Below are positions 1-9,802 of a stretch of 64,000 bases of DNA, in pieces. A program made the translations under genes and the position numbers. This stretch comes from an uncultured Gemmatimonadaceae bacterium. GTDB lineage: Bacteria; Gemmatimonadota; Gemmatimonadetes; Gemmatimonadales; Gemmatimonadaceae. A model generated the notes under the pieces. That model made no database searches. It was not told the origin of the DNA and saw only the letters and a list, made by a program, of their open reading frames with translations. The stretch is from NCBI GenBank assembly GCA_963761305.1, contig CAVXGK010000002.1, positions 2,048,001 through 2,112,000 on the forward strand, read 5' to 3'. Position 1 is the stretch's first letter, and each line of letters starts with the position of its first letter.

Positions 1-118
1 CCTCGAGCAGCACCTCGGCCGCCACGGCGTCGAACGACGCATCGTCGCGCGCGGGAAGCACGTACCGTTTTCCCGGCTCGCCTGATCCGGCGTCCTCGTT
101 GACGAACGCGCGCGACAT
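1..118 (-). CDS. Hypothetical protein, N-terminal part only (runs off window start)
   Basis: ATG at 118 preceded by GGAGGT; reads MSRAFVNEDAGSGEPGKRYVLPARDD..., open to the window edge; downstream of the protease on the same strand. Confidence 0.6.
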   Translation of the reverse strand, partial: MSRAFVNEDAGSGEPGKRYVLPARDDASFDAVAAEVLLE

Positions 119-148
119 GCCTCGGACCTCCGCTGATCTCGCGCGAAA

Positions 149-1189
149 CTAGCGCGACGGGCTTTCGCTCGGAATGATCGGGAAGGTGCGTCGCGCGCCG
201 TCGCGCACGACAGTAATCGGCGCCGTGCGTCCGATCGCCTCGCTCACCAGCAAGCGCTGCAGGTCGTCGACGCTTCCCACTCTCGAACCCGCGAGCTCGA
301 CGACGATGTCGCGGGGCCGAAGGCCCGCCGATTCCGCGGGACTGTTCGGCATCACCGCCGTGAGTAACACTCCGCCGGCTCCATCGAGGTGGCTGATGTG
401 CATGCGCCGCCGCGACAGCGTGATCGTCTGGCCACTCACGCCGATCCACCCGCGTCGCACGCGTCCGTCGCGAATGAGTTGCGGAATGACGAACCGTGCC
501 GTGTTCACCGGAACGGCAAAGCAGATACCCTGCGCCCCCGCGATCACTGCCGTGTTGATCCCCACGACTTCGCCGCGCGAGTCGACGAGCGGCCCACCCG
601 AGTTGCCCGGATTCAACGCCGCGTCGGTCTGAATCACGCCGTCGATCAATCGGCCCGACTGCGAGCGCATCGTTCGGCCGAGCGCGCTCACCACGCCCGT
701 CGTCACGGTCGAGGCAAAGCCCAGCGGGTTGCCGATCGCGATGACCACCTGCCCCGCGCGCAAGCGCGACGAATCGCCGAGCGACGCGGTGACGAGCGAA
801 GGAACGTCCACGCGCACGACCGCCAGGTCTGTATCCGGATCGACCCCCACCAGCTCGGCCGCGTGGCTCTCACCGTCGGCGAACGTCGCACGAATCCGCG
901 TCGCGCCTTCGACGACGTGGCTGTTCGTGAGCAAGAACCCGTCGGGCGTGAACACGAACCCCGAGCCGGCGCCGGAACGCTCAGCGTCGGCCGCGCGCCG
1001 GCCGCGCCCACGGCGCGTGGGTGAAGACTCGAGCGTTACTTCGAGGTGGGCGACCGACGGCGCGACGCGATCCACCGCGCCCACGACCGCCGTCGAGTAA
1101 GCATCCAGCAGTTCCGAACTATCGTCCCGCGACGGATCCGACGTAACGGCTGAGGCCGGAACCGTATTGTCTCTGAGTAGCTGCAGCAT
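149..1189 (-). CDS. HtrA/DegP-like S1C serine protease with PDZ domain
   Basis: TNSHVV, DLAVV and QTDAALNPGNSGGPL triad motifs; C-terminal PDZ (GWIGV...SPAESAGL); start placed at MLQLL, uncertain. Confidence 0.93.
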   Translation of the reverse strand: MLQLLRDNTVPASAVTSDPSRDDSSELLDAYSTAVVGAVDRVAPSVAHLEVTLESSPTRRGRGRRAADAERSGAGSGFVFTPDGFLLTNSHVVEGATRIRATFADGESHAAELVGVDPDTDLAVVRVDVPSLVTASLGDSSRLRAGQVVIAIGNPLGFASTVTTGVVSALGRTMRSQSGRLIDGVIQTDAALNPGNSGGPLVDSRGEVVGINTAVIAGAQGICFAVPVNTARFVIPQLIRDGRVRRGWIGVSGQTITLSRRRMHISHLDGAGGVLLTAVMPNSPAESAGLRPRDIVVELAGSRVGSVDDLQRLLVSEAIGRTAPITVVRDGARRTFPIIPSESPSR

Positions 1190-1272
1190 ACTCTGAAAAT
1201 ACGGACGGCGGGAACCCGAGTGGCGAGGGGTGAGGACGAGGAACGAGGGTGACAAACCCCGAAGGGGACGAA

Positions 1273-1344
1273 GGGCGAACCTAACGAAGAGCGAGGCTAA
1301 CGAACTGCGAGAGGGCGAGAACTGCGAGAGGGCGAGAACTGCGA
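1273..1344 (+). repeat. Purine-rich short repeats (two 16-bp GCGA-NN-TAACGAA-type units, then ~2.5 x 17-bp GAACTGCGAGAGGGCGA), facing the 1411-1586 array
   Basis: Read directly; first units resemble the reverse complement of the downstream array unit. Confidence 0.7.
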
Positions 1345-1410
1345 ACGGACGCCTGACCTCTGACGACTCACGAAACGGATATCAACGATCTCGCCTCTCG
1401 TTACCCTCGC

Positions 1411-1586
1411 CGTTTGTTAGTTTCGCCGTTTGTTAGTTTCGCCGTTTGTTAGTTTCGCCGTTTGTTAGTTTCGCCGTTTGTTAGTTTCGCCGTTTGTTAG
1501 TTTCGCCGTTTGTTAGTTTCGCCGTTTGTTAGTTTCGCCGTTTGTTAGTTTCGCCGTTTGTTAGTTTCGCCGTCTGTTATCTTCGC
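1411..1586. repeat. Tandem array of 16-bp unit CGTTTGTTAGTTTCGC, 10 perfect copies plus 1 degenerate
   Basis: Counted directly: 1411-1570 perfect, 1571-1586 CGTCTGTTATCTTCGC; abuts stop codon of permease. Confidence 0.97.
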
Positions 1587-1588
1587 CG

Positions 1589-4261
1589 TCAGGTTCTCAG
1601 CGCCTCGAGCGGATCGATCCTCGTCGCTCTCCTCGCCGGCACATAGCTCGCCACTCCCGCGACGACCGCGAGTCCCGCCGCGACGACCGCGTACGTCGTC
1701 GCATCGTGCGTCGTGATCCCGTACATCAGCGCCGCCAGGAACCTCGCGAGTGCGCTCGCGACCGCGGTTCCTACGACGACGCCGGCAAGGCCGAGCACGA
1801 GTCCCTCGCGGACCACCATCCACTGCAACGTGCTTCCCTGAGCGCCGAGCGCCATGCGAACTCCGAACTCGTGGGTCCGCTGCGCCACGAGGTACGCGAT
1901 GACCCCGTAGACGCCGACGATTGCCAGCGCGAGCCCGGTTCCCCCGAGCAGGATGAGCAGCCACATCGTGAAGCGCGGAGTCGCTTGCAGATCGGCGAAC
2001 GCGGCGTCCATCGTCGTCGTGCCGGAGAGCGCGAGATCGGGATCCACCGTGCCCACCGCCCGGCGGATGGACGGAAGCAGCGTCGAAACCGGAACGGACC
2101 CGCGAACGAGATACGCCATCGAGAAGTTCTGCGGCCACTGCGCGGCCGGCATGTACATCTCGCGCGGGGGATCCTCGGCCTTCCCCTTCGCGCGCGTGTC
2201 GCCGACGACACCGACCACCGTGCGCCACACCGGGCCGGCGTTCGTCGCCGACGCACAGCTGGTGATCAACTGGCCCACCGGATCGGCGTCGCCGTACAGA
2301 TCGTGCGCGAGCCCGCGCGTGATGACGGCGACAGGCGAACCGTCGGCCACATCCGAACTGTTGAACGCGCGTCCTCGAACGACCGGCTGGTCGATCGCGC
2401 CGAAGTAGCGCGCATTGGCGCTGCGCATGTTGGCGTGAAACGCGCGGTCATCGTGGCCGTTGCTTCCAGGACGCATGGCGTTGCAGTTCCATTGACCGCC
2501 GTGCTGCACCGGCGCCAATGACGTTCGTCCAACCGCCTTCACGCCGGGAATGGCGGCGATCGCTTGATCCAGTCTCAGGAACCCGGCCTCGAGCGCGCCG
2601 GGCACCGAGGCGTAACGCCGCGGTGGCAGCAGGATGTTGGTGATCAGCAGGTTGTCGGTCGAAAACCCGGGCTGCACGGCCTGGAGAAGCGCCCAACTCC
2701 GAATGAGGAGAGCCGCGCCGACGAGCAGCACTTGCACCAGACACAATTCGCCGATCACGAGTAGTCCGCGCAGCCGGTCGCGCGCCGAGACCGACGCTTC
2801 ACGCCCGCCGTCCCGCAGCGTTTGCTGCAAATCCGTTCTCGCCACGCGAATCGCCGGCAGAAGTCCGAAGAGCAGCGAGCACACAACCGCCACGCCGAAC
2901 GTGAAGACGACGACCGGCGCATTGAGCGTCGAATCGCGCAGCCGCGCCAGCGCGGCCGGACTCGTCACGAGAAATCGCACGCCGGCCCACGACACCAGCA
3001 GCCCGAGCAGCCCCCCGGCGACTGCCAGGATCAGGCTTTCGACGAGCAGCTGTCCGACGATGCGCCCGCGCGAGGCGCCCAACGCGCCGCGAATCGCGAT
3101 CTCCGCGCGACGCGCCTTCGCTCGCGCGATGAGCAAGTTGGAGACGTTGGCGCACGCGATCAGCAGCACGAGCGTCACCGCGCCGAGGAGGGTGAGCAGA
3201 AGCGTGCGGTCGATCGGTCCGACCATGTCGTCCGCATAGCGGCGCACGGCGACGTCGTCGAATCCGGAGTTGGGATAGTCCTGCGCCAAGCGCCGCTCGA
3301 TCGTCGACAGCTCGCTTCGCGCCTGGTCGATCGACACGCCCGGTTTCACGAGAGCGTGGACCGTGAGCTCGTGGTCGCTATGGTCGTTCCAGCGCGACGC
3401 CTCGACCTTCATCGGTACCCAGATGAGCTCCGCCGGCCAGCCGATCGTGTGGTCCTGCGGTGCGACGCCGACGACGGTGAAATCGGTTCCGCTGAGCGTG
3501 ATCTGTTTGCCGACAATCGACGTGTCGGCGTTGAGCCGCGTGCGCCAGACCGCTTCCGAGAGCACCGCGACCGGCGTGGCGCTCGCGCGCTCGTCGTCCG
3601 GCGTGTAGTAGCGGCCGATGACGGGCGGAATGAACTCGACGTTCCAGAAGCTGCCGGTCGTCGACAGCGTCGTGATCGGCGCGGGGTCGCCCCGACCGGT
3701 CATCGTGCGAGGACCACCGCCCCAGAAGGCGCCGATGACCGCGAGCGAGTGCGTGTTGTCGCGCCACGTCGCATAGTTGCCGAACGTCACCGCGTTGACG
3801 TTCGCCCCGACGCGCTCGCCGACCGTGATCACGCGGTCGCTGTTGGCGAACGGCAACGGCTTCAGCATCACGGCGTAAACGACGCTGAAGATCGCGCTGT
3901 TCGCGCCGATGCCCAGTGCCAGCGTGACGAGCACGGTGGCCGTGAAACCGGGAGCCTTCCGCAGTTGGCGAAGGCCGAATACAACGTCCTGTCTGATCGT
4001 CTCTAGCCGTTCGCTCAGTGCCATTCTCCGCTCCCGCTGTCGGCTCAGGGTGTAGAGGGTTTCGCCAATGCGACCGACGTCCCCGAACTTCGCTCGCGCC
4101 GCCTCCCGCGCCGCGGCCGGCGTCATTCCTCCCGCGACGAGCTCGTCGATCGTGGATTGCAGATGGAACTCGAGTTCCTCGTCCACGTCGCGCGCGGGAT
4201 TCCCGCGCAGGAATCGCGCGTATCGCCGCCACGTCGGCACATGATCGTCGTTCGGGATCAC
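1589..4261 (-). CDS. ADOP-family duplicated ABC permease (MacB_PCD/FtsX x2)
   Basis: DVDEELEFHL prefix, LALGIGANSAIFS, LLIACANVSNLL, EFGVRMALGA, PARRATRIDPLEALR; GTG start overlaps PadR stop (GTGA). Confidence 0.95.
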   Translation of the reverse strand: MIPNDDHVPTWRRYARFLRGNPARDVDEELEFHLQSTIDELVAGGMTPAAAREAARAKFGDVGRIGETLYTLSRQRERRMALSERLETIRQDVVFGLRQLRKAPGFTATVLVTLALGIGANSAIFSVVYAVMLKPLPFANSDRVITVGERVGANVNAVTFGNYATWRDNTHSLAVIGAFWGGGPRTMTGRGDPAPITTLSTTGSFWNVEFIPPVIGRYYTPDDERASATPVAVLSEAVWRTRLNADTSIVGKQITLSGTDFTVVGVAPQDHTIGWPAELIWVPMKVEASRWNDHSDHELTVHALVKPGVSIDQARSELSTIERRLAQDYPNSGFDDVAVRRYADDMVGPIDRTLLLTLLGAVTLVLLIACANVSNLLIARAKARRAEIAIRGALGASRGRIVGQLLVESLILAVAGGLLGLLVSWAGVRFLVTSPAALARLRDSTLNAPVVVFTFGVAVVCSLLFGLLPAIRVARTDLQQTLRDGGREASVSARDRLRGLLVIGELCLVQVLLVGAALLIRSWALLQAVQPGFSTDNLLITNILLPPRRYASVPGALEAGFLRLDQAIAAIPGVKAVGRTSLAPVQHGGQWNCNAMRPGSNGHDDRAFHANMRSANARYFGAIDQPVVRGRAFNSSDVADGSPVAVITRGLAHDLYGDADPVGQLITSCASATNAGPVWRTVVGVVGDTRAKGKAEDPPREMYMPAAQWPQNFSMAYLVRGSVPVSTLLPSIRRAVGTVDPDLALSGTTTMDAAFADLQATPRFTMWLLILLGGTGLALAIVGVYGVIAYLVAQRTHEFGVRMALGAQGSTLQWMVVREGLVLGLAGVVVGTAVASALARFLAALMYGITTHDATTYAVVAAGLAVVAGVASYVPARRATRIDPLEALRT

Positions 4262-4605
4262 ACGGATTCCCGCCGCGCCGTCATGATCCTTCCGATCGCG
4301 CCCGTCATCCGCGCCCACGACTCGGACTCGGCGTCCAGCTGCCGTTTGCCGTTCGCCGTGAGACGATAGTACTTGGCGCGTCGTCCATTCTCGGTGAGCG
4401 CCCACTGCGCCTTGATCCAGCCCCGGTTTTCCATTCGATAGAGCGCCGGATAGAGCGAGCCCTCTTCCACGCGCAGCAGGTCCTCGGTCGTCTGCTGAAT
4501 CCACCGCGCGAGCCCAAATCCGTGCATCGGTCCCCAGGAGAGGGACTTCAGGACGATCAGGTCGAGTGTGCCCTGAAGGAGCTCGATCGAGCGAGAGGCC
4601 GTCAT
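4258..4605 (-). CDS. PadR-family transcriptional regulator (acidobacterial type, ADOP-associated)
   Basis: LLQGTLDLIVLKSL, MHGFGLA, EEGSLYPALYRME, TENGRRAKYYRLT. Confidence 0.96.
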   Translation of the reverse strand: MTASRSIELLQGTLDLIVLKSLSWGPMHGFGLARWIQQTTEDLLRVEEGSLYPALYRMENRGWIKAQWALTENGRRAKYYRLTANGKRQLDAESESWARMTGAIGRIMTARRESV

Positions 4606-4607
4606 GC

Positions 4608-4629
4608 TCACTTAGACGTTCTAGGGTGA
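4608..4629. promoter_or_regulatory. Candidate PadR operator (imperfect palindrome centred on TAGA-N3-TCTA)
   Basis: CCCTAGAACGTCTAAGTG on the minus strand, just upstream of the PadR ATG. Confidence 0.5.
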
Positions 4630-4736
4630 AAAAGGGTTGGAACCTGGTTAGCATCGCTGTTCGTCATCTGCGCGGTTCGTTAGCTTCGCCTTCGGTGTTT
4701 CGCGTTTCTCCGGTGCTGGCACTAAGATCCCCAATC

Positions 4737-5921
4737 GTGAGCTCCCCGACGCCTCCCGTTCTCGTTCTTGGATCGGGTCTGACCATCCTCGGAGCAATCC
4801 GTCTCCTTGGGCGCGCGGGGTTTACGCCGCTCGTCGTGAGTGACCGCCCGGGCATCGCCAAGAGATCGCGCTGGTATCGCCCGGCGCCTGCCTCTCGGTC
4901 GACGGCAAACCCACGCACCGATCTCGCCGCGTGGCTGGATGGGCTGCCGCTCGAACGGGCCGTTCTCCTCCCGTGCGAGGACGACTGGGCGCTCCGCGTC
5001 TCGCAGTGCGCGACCGAGGTTGGCAACCGATTCCCATCGAGCCTGTCGAGCTACGCGAGCCTTCAGGAGTTGATCGACAAAGGCGGATTGGCGTGTCTGC
5101 TCGACGAGTTGGAGCTCCCGCATCCGCGAACCATTCAGATCGACCCCGGAACCGACCCCGAGTCGTTGCCGGACTCGGTCCTCGAGCACGTCTTCCTCAA
5201 GCCGCGGGATTCGGCGGCCTTCCATCGCCAGTTCGGGGTGAAGGCGTTTCGAGTCTCTTCACGCGCCGAGCTGGCCACACGCCTGGCCGACACCCGGCGG
5301 TTCAACCTGTCCGTCCAGCTCCAGGAATACGTGCCCGGTCCGCCGTCGAACCACTTCTACGTAGAAGGATTCATCGACCGTGACGGTGCCCGTCGCGCGC
5401 TGTTCGTGCGCCAACGGCTCCGCATGTACCCGCTCGACTTCGGGAACAGCACCCTGTTCGAGAGCGTCGAGGCCTCGGTCGTTCCCGACGCCGTCGTATC
5501 GATCTGGCGGTTGCTCTCTCACGTTCAGTACCGCGGCATCTTCAGCGCGGAGTTCAAGCGCGACGCGCGCGACGGCATCTGCCGGCTCATCGAAGTCAAC
5601 GCGCGTCCGTGGTGGTACGTGGAGTTCGCCGGCCAGTGCGGCATCAACCTGTGCGCTATGGCCGTGCGCGATGCGCTCGGCGAAACGGTGTCCGACGTCG
5701 ATCACTACGAAATTGGGAAATCGTGCGTGTATCCGTACTACGACTACTACGCCTGCCGCGAGCTTCGGGCCGTGGGCGGACTGTCTGTCGCCGGGTGGCT
5801 GGCCTCCTGGATGCGCGCCACGCAGCCCGTGCTCCGATGGAGCGATCCGATTCCGGCGCTCAGTGACACGACGTCGTTGGTGAAGCGACGCGCGTCGTCG
5901 TACCTTCGCCGCGCCGGCTGA
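4737..5921 (+). CDS. ATP-grasp carboxylate-amine ligase (D-aspartate-ligase-like)
   Basis: LIDKG, VFLKP, LQEYVPGP, EFKRDARDG..LIEVNARPW; start trimmed to GTG 4737. Confidence 0.85.
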   Translation: MSSPTPPVLVLGSGLTILGAIRLLGRAGFTPLVVSDRPGIAKRSRWYRPAPASRSTANPRTDLAAWLDGLPLERAVLLPCEDDWALRVSQCATEVGNRFPSSLSSYASLQELIDKGGLACLLDELELPHPRTIQIDPGTDPESLPDSVLEHVFLKPRDSAAFHRQFGVKAFRVSSRAELATRLADTRRFNLSVQLQEYVPGPPSNHFYVEGFIDRDGARRALFVRQRLRMYPLDFGNSTLFESVEASVVPDAVVSIWRLLSHVQYRGIFSAEFKRDARDGICRLIEVNARPWWYVEFAGQCGINLCAMAVRDALGETVSDVDHYEIGKSCVYPYYDYYACRELRAVGGLSVAGWLASWMRATQPVLRWSDPIPALSDTTSLVKRRASSYLRRAG

Positions 5922-6985
5922 TGGGGTGGGATGTCGAGGCCCGCACCCTCGAACAAGTTGCCTGGCCCGCGTGGGAGAAATTCGTCGCCGCGTCCCCCGG
6001 CGGGAGCGTCTATAGCCTCCCGTCGTACCTCGATGCCCTTTGCACGGCGGGCGGCGGAAGCTTTCGAATCGTCGGCGTGATGCGCGGCGAGGAGATCGTC
6101 GGCGGCGTGGCGCTCTACGAGCGGCCGTCGCGCGGCGGCATCTTCGTCTCACCGCGCCTCCTATTGTATTACAACGGCGTCGTCGTGCGGCGATACGAGA
6201 CGCAATATCCCTCCGAGGCGACGGCGCGCCATGTGAAAATCCTCACGGCGCTCGAGGCCGCGCTCGGCGGCATGGGACTCGGCAGCATCAACCTGCGCTC
6301 GCGCGCGTTGCACGACGTGCGTCCTTTCGTCGCGAACGGCTGGACGGTCGCGCCGAGCTACAGCTACGTGGTGCCCCTCGATCTCCCGGCCGCGTGGGGA
6401 CGCGTCGAGCAGAACCTCCGCCGGCTCATCGATCGTGCGCGAAACGCCGGGATGAGCGCGAGCGCCACGGACGACGACTTCGACTCCTTTTTTCGACTTC
6501 ATTCCGCGACGCTCGACCGCCACGGCGCCGGCGTCTACCTCCCGCGCGACCCGTTCCGCGAGTTCTGCGCGGCGCTCAAGCGCAATGGGCTCGGCCAGCT
6601 GTTTCAGGTACGCACGAAGGATGGAGCGCCGGCTGCCGCGCAGCTCACCCTCCTCGGGCCGCATCCGGTGAGTCACACCGCGTGCGCCGGCGCCGATCCC
6701 GAATCGAACAAACTCGGCGCGTCGGCGTTTCTACGATGGAGCGCGTTCGAGACCCTGGCCGAGGCGGGCTTCAAGGGCAACGACCTCACCGATGCGTCGC
6801 TCAACCCCGTCACGCACTTCAAGAGTCAGCTCGGCGGTTCGCTGGAGCTGTCGCTCGTGTTGCAGAGTCCCCGCACGCGCCGCTTCGACTGGAACGCACG
6901 GCGCGAGGCGGCGATCGCGCGCGCGCGAACGCGCGCCGGCGATCTCGCGCGTCGCATCATTCGGCGCAACGGATCGGGCGAGTGA
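5921..6985 (+). CDS. GNAT/FemAB-like (Acetyltransf_6) protein
   Basis: Double-GNAT length, NLRRLIDRAR, FLRWSAFE, VTHFKSQLGG; coupled to upstream stop. Confidence 0.8.
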   Translation: MGWDVEARTLEQVAWPAWEKFVAASPGGSVYSLPSYLDALCTAGGGSFRIVGVMRGEEIVGGVALYERPSRGGIFVSPRLLLYYNGVVVRRYETQYPSEATARHVKILTALEAALGGMGLGSINLRSRALHDVRPFVANGWTVAPSYSYVVPLDLPAAWGRVEQNLRRLIDRARNAGMSASATDDDFDSFFRLHSATLDRHGAGVYLPRDPFREFCAALKRNGLGQLFQVRTKDGAPAAAQLTLLGPHPVSHTACAGADPESNKLGASAFLRWSAFETLAEAGFKGNDLTDASLNPVTHFKSQLGGSLELSLVLQSPRTRRFDWNARREAAIARARTRAGDLARRIIRRNGSGE

Positions 6986-8682
6986 CGGGACCGCGCACCG
7001 GCGCCGAGTCGCTCTGCGACGCGCTCGAGCGCGAGGGTGTCGAGTGTGTCTTCGGGTTGCCGGGCACGCAGACAGTCGAGATCTACGAAGCGCTGCGCTC
7101 GAGTCGCATTCGCTCGATCGTGCCGACACACGAACTCGCCGCGTCGTTCATGGCGAACGGCTACGCGCGCGCGTCGGGAAAGCCCGGCGTATTGCTCACG
7201 ATCTCCGGCCCGGGCGTCGCGTTCGCACCCGCCGGTCTCGCCGAGGCAAAGCTCGACGGCGTCCCGCTGGTGCATATCACGATTGCGCCGGCGTCGGGGC
7301 CGACGGGCGAGCCGTCGTTTCAGGCGTTCGATCAAGCGGCGTTCGCGCGGCCGGTCGTGAAAGCCACGTTGCGTGCCGACGATCGCGCGCAGGTGCGCGG
7401 CGTCGTGCACGAGGCGTTCGCCCTGGCGACGGCGCGCGAACCGGGACCGGTCTTCGTCGAATTCTCGTCGCGCGCGCTGCGCCAGCGCGGCACCGACGCC
7501 GAGCCGTCGCACGCATCGGGCGCAGCGCCGAACGCCGACGAACGTTCGCTCGCCGCGATCGTCGAGCTGCTGTCGTCGGCCAAGCGCCCCGTGCTCTACG
7601 TCGCGTGCGACGTGAGCGGCGACGCGGCCGCGCTGGCGAGCGTCGCCACGAGCGCGCGAATTCCAATCCTCGTTCCGGCACCGTATCGCGGCGTCATGCC
7701 CGAGGATCACCCGTGGATGCTCTGTTGCGACGACCAGCGCACGTCGTTCGCGCAGATTCAGGATGTCGTGGCCGGCGCGGATCTCGTGGTCGTGCTCGGG
7801 ACGCGACTGTCGCACGTGGCGACGGCGGGCTTCCGCCTCGCGCTCGCTCCTGAACGCGTCGTCTGCGTCTCCGACACGGGCGGTGCGCTGCCGCACGGGT
7901 ATTCCGCGCGGGCACTCGCTGCGTGCGCGCCGAGTGTACTTCTCTCGAGGGTCGCCGACGCCGCGTCGCGTTCGGCGTCCACGTGGACCGCCCGCGACGT
8001 GACGCGGTTGCAGCAGCGTTTCGCCAACGACAAGCCGAGCGATCCACCAGAGCCCGACGTCGACGGCGGCGCCCCCGCCGCATTCTTCGACGCGCTCCGC
8101 ACGGCGCTCCCGCGCGACGCGATTCTCGTTACCGATTCGGGGCTGCATCAGGTGATGGCCCGCCGCCACTATTCCGTCCTCGCGCCGCGCGGATTTCTCT
8201 TTCCGAGCGACCTTCAGTCGATGGGGTTCGGCCTCCCGGCGGGAATCGGCGCGAAGCTGGCCGCGCCCGAGCGCGCGGTCGTCGTGGTGATGGGCGACGG
8301 CGGTTTCCTCATGACCGGACTCGACCTCGTCACCGCCGCGCGCGAGGGAATTCCCGTGGTGGTCGTCGTCTTCAACGACGGCCAGTTGAACCTCATTCGT
8401 TTGCAGCAGCTGAAGGAGTTTGGTCGGGCGAGCGGCGTCGATCTGCTCGTTCCCGACCTCGCCCGATTCGCCGAGTCAGTGGGCGTCCGGTATCGAGCGG
8501 TTTCGGGAGACGTATCGCAGGCGCTGCGCGAAGCGCTCGCGGCCGACGGACCGACGCTGCTCGAGGTCGCGGTCGGCGATTCGCGCTCGATCACCGGCGT
8601 CCGTGCAAAGAGCCTCGCGCGAGAGACTGTCCGGAAGGCGATCGGCCCGCGGGCCGTGGAGTGGATCAAGAAACTCCGCTGA
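6982..8682 (+). CDS. Thiamine-diphosphate-dependent enzyme (acetolactate synthase-like fold)
   Basis: VFGLPG, HELAASFMANGYAR, SMGFGLPAGIGA, GDGGF...VFND; GTGA overlap with GNAT. Confidence 0.9.
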   Translation: MTGPRTGAESLCDALEREGVECVFGLPGTQTVEIYEALRSSRIRSIVPTHELAASFMANGYARASGKPGVLLTISGPGVAFAPAGLAEAKLDGVPLVHITIAPASGPTGEPSFQAFDQAAFARPVVKATLRADDRAQVRGVVHEAFALATAREPGPVFVEFSSRALRQRGTDAEPSHASGAAPNADERSLAAIVELLSSAKRPVLYVACDVSGDAAALASVATSARIPILVPAPYRGVMPEDHPWMLCCDDQRTSFAQIQDVVAGADLVVVLGTRLSHVATAGFRLALAPERVVCVSDTGGALPHGYSARALAACAPSVLLSRVADAASRSASTWTARDVTRLQQRFANDKPSDPPEPDVDGGAPAAFFDALRTALPRDAILVTDSGLHQVMARRHYSVLAPRGFLFPSDLQSMGFGLPAGIGAKLAAPERAVVVVMGDGGFLMTGLDLVTAAREGIPVVVVVFNDGQLNLIRLQQLKEFGRASGVDLLVPDLARFAESVGVRYRAVSGDVSQALREALAADGPTLLEVAVGDSRSITGVRAKSLARETVRKAIGPRAVEWIKKLR

Positions 8683-8746
8683 CTGTCATCGCGCTAACAG
8701 GTCGCCGCCCTTAGCTTGCGCGTCGATCACCCCCCCTGGAGCCAGC

Positions 8747-9679
8747 ATGCTTCGCCATCGTGTTCATCTCGTCGCCACTCTTGCGTTCGCGACGCTCGCC
8801 GCCGGCGCGGCCCAAGCGCAGTACCACGTCGTCAAGAAGCTCGACCTCGGCGTCGCGCGCGCCGACTACATCGTCATCGACCCGATTGGCCGACGCCTGT
8901 ATGGCTTGGCCGACAAAGTGATCGACGTCGACCACGACACGATCGTCGGCACGGTCGCCGGCGGCGGCGGTGGCTACGCGATCGCCGCCGATCAGCACCG
9001 CGGTCTTGTGCGCAACGGCGTCCTCTTCGATCTGAATACGCTCGCCGTGACCGGTCACGTCGACGCCAAGGGCGACGGCATCCGCTACGACCCGGTCACC
9101 CATCGCGCGTTCACGTGGCGCGACAAGGACGCGTGGATCGTCGACATGACGACCGGCAAGCTGATCGCGAAGTCCACGATCGGCGACGGACTCGAATCCG
9201 GCGTCGCCGACGGCAAGGGCAAGATGTTTCTGAACGTCGAGGATTCGGGATTCGTCCAGAAGGTCGATACCAAGTCGCTCAAGATCGAGGCGACCTACAA
9301 GGTCCCCAAGTGCGGCCACGCGCAGGGCCTGTCGATGGACGTCGACTTCCGCACGCTCTTCATGGCGTGCGATACCGAGATGGTGATCCTCAACGCCGAC
9401 AACGGCGCCATCGTCAAGCGCGTCCGCGTCGCCAGCCGCGCCGACCAGAACTGCTACGACCCGGGCACGCACTACGCGTTCAATCCGAACCGCGCCGACA
9501 GCACGATGACGATCGTCCACGAGGCGTCGGCGACCGAGTTCCACGTGCTGCCCAAAGTCTCGACCGGCGGGGGCGCGCGAACGTGCGCGGTCGACGAGAA
9601 GACGCACAAGGTGTACGTCTTCTACTATGAGGGAACCGGGCAGACGGCGAAGCTGATTCTGGCCGTGATGGCGCAGTGA
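8747..9679 (+). CDS. Secreted YncE-like beta-propeller protein
   Basis: Signal peptide (AQA/Q), repeated propeller blades, GARTCAVDEKTHKVY end. Confidence 0.8.
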   Translation: MLRHRVHLVATLAFATLAAGAAQAQYHVVKKLDLGVARADYIVIDPIGRRLYGLADKVIDVDHDTIVGTVAGGGGGYAIAADQHRGLVRNGVLFDLNTLAVTGHVDAKGDGIRYDPVTHRAFTWRDKDAWIVDMTTGKLIAKSTIGDGLESGVADGKGKMFLNVEDSGFVQKVDTKSLKIEATYKVPKCGHAQGLSMDVDFRTLFMACDTEMVILNADNGAIVKRVRVASRADQNCYDPGTHYAFNPNRADSTMTIVHEASATEFHVLPKVSTGGGARTCAVDEKTHKVYVFYYEGTGQTAKLILAVMAQ

Positions 9680-9802
9680 GGAGTGGCGCACACGCGGGCA
9701 TACGTTTCCCGATTGATACAAACCCGAACGACCCGTAGGCCGGTACCCGGCTAAACATCGTAGATGAGTTGCGCGGTCCTCCTCCCCTCAACTCTGATCA
9801 CG

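Noticed and set aside
1411..1586. CRISPR array (also considered for 21447-21654 and 33517-33612)
   Set aside because: Units are contiguous with no unique spacers, and no cas genes are present
4262..4654. 1021-aa N-terminally extended permease in the ORF track
   Set aside because: The extension overlaps the clear PadR gene in another frame; the GTGA-coupled start at 4261 fits better
6040..6981. 880-aa version of the ThDP enzyme
   Set aside because: The first ~310 aa are an Arg-rich shadow frame of the GNAT gene
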